Assembly (NCBI GenBank): GCA_032718475.1
Contig: JAUCBJ010002273.1
Location: 97,779-161,778, forward strand
DNA: 64,000 nucleotides
Origin: Nemertoderma westbladi
Lineage: Eukaryota; Animalia; Xenacoelomorpha
Reading direction: 5' to 3'
Part shown: positions 63,931-64,000 of the stretch, one piece after another
Layout: each line of letters opens with the position of its first letter
Numbering within the stretch: position 1 is the first letter of the stretch
The notes under the pieces: generated by a model
Told to the model about the DNA's origin: nothing
What the model saw: the letters and a program-made list of their open reading frames with translations, nothing else
The model's database searches: none
Position numbers and translations under genes: made by a program

Positions 63931-64000
63931 CTTTATTTTACAAGTGTTTAGATGTCTACAGGTAACTTCTACTATTTTTCAAATCGCTATTTTTCACCAA

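Overview
AT-rich eukaryotic (animal, probably invertebrate) genomic DNA; nothing prokaryotic and no CRISPR. 1-26.8 kb is a very homogeneous 40-bp tandem satellite. 27.8-30.9 kb and 57.9-59.6 kb are two copies of a ~570-bp head plus a 37-bp minisatellite. 31.1-47.3 kb is a nest of transposons that can be rebuilt from target-site duplications (TSDs). A decayed plus-strand CR1/L2-group LINE contains a Helentron-type (HINE-like) repeat element and two different RTE-type LINEs. The first RTE is split by a full-length minus-strand PHD-endonuclease-RT LINE. That LINE is interrupted by a 2-kb TA-flanked TIR element, which holds a fold-back element. The most unusual signal is two unrelated short units (47.7 kb plus, 51.55 kb minus) in which a minimal type-I hammerhead ribozyme sits between a tRNA-like 5' part and a GGTTCGA B box, followed by an oligo-T run. 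There are two candidate host genes with single-exon CDS: a GPI-anchored Cys-rich Ly6/uPAR-like protein and an MS4A/CD20-like tetraspan. Also present are an 88-bp minisatellite, several fold-back MITEs, a possible P-element-type excision footprint and a CCAAT/RFX promoter at the right edge. All calls were made by eye; no searches were run.
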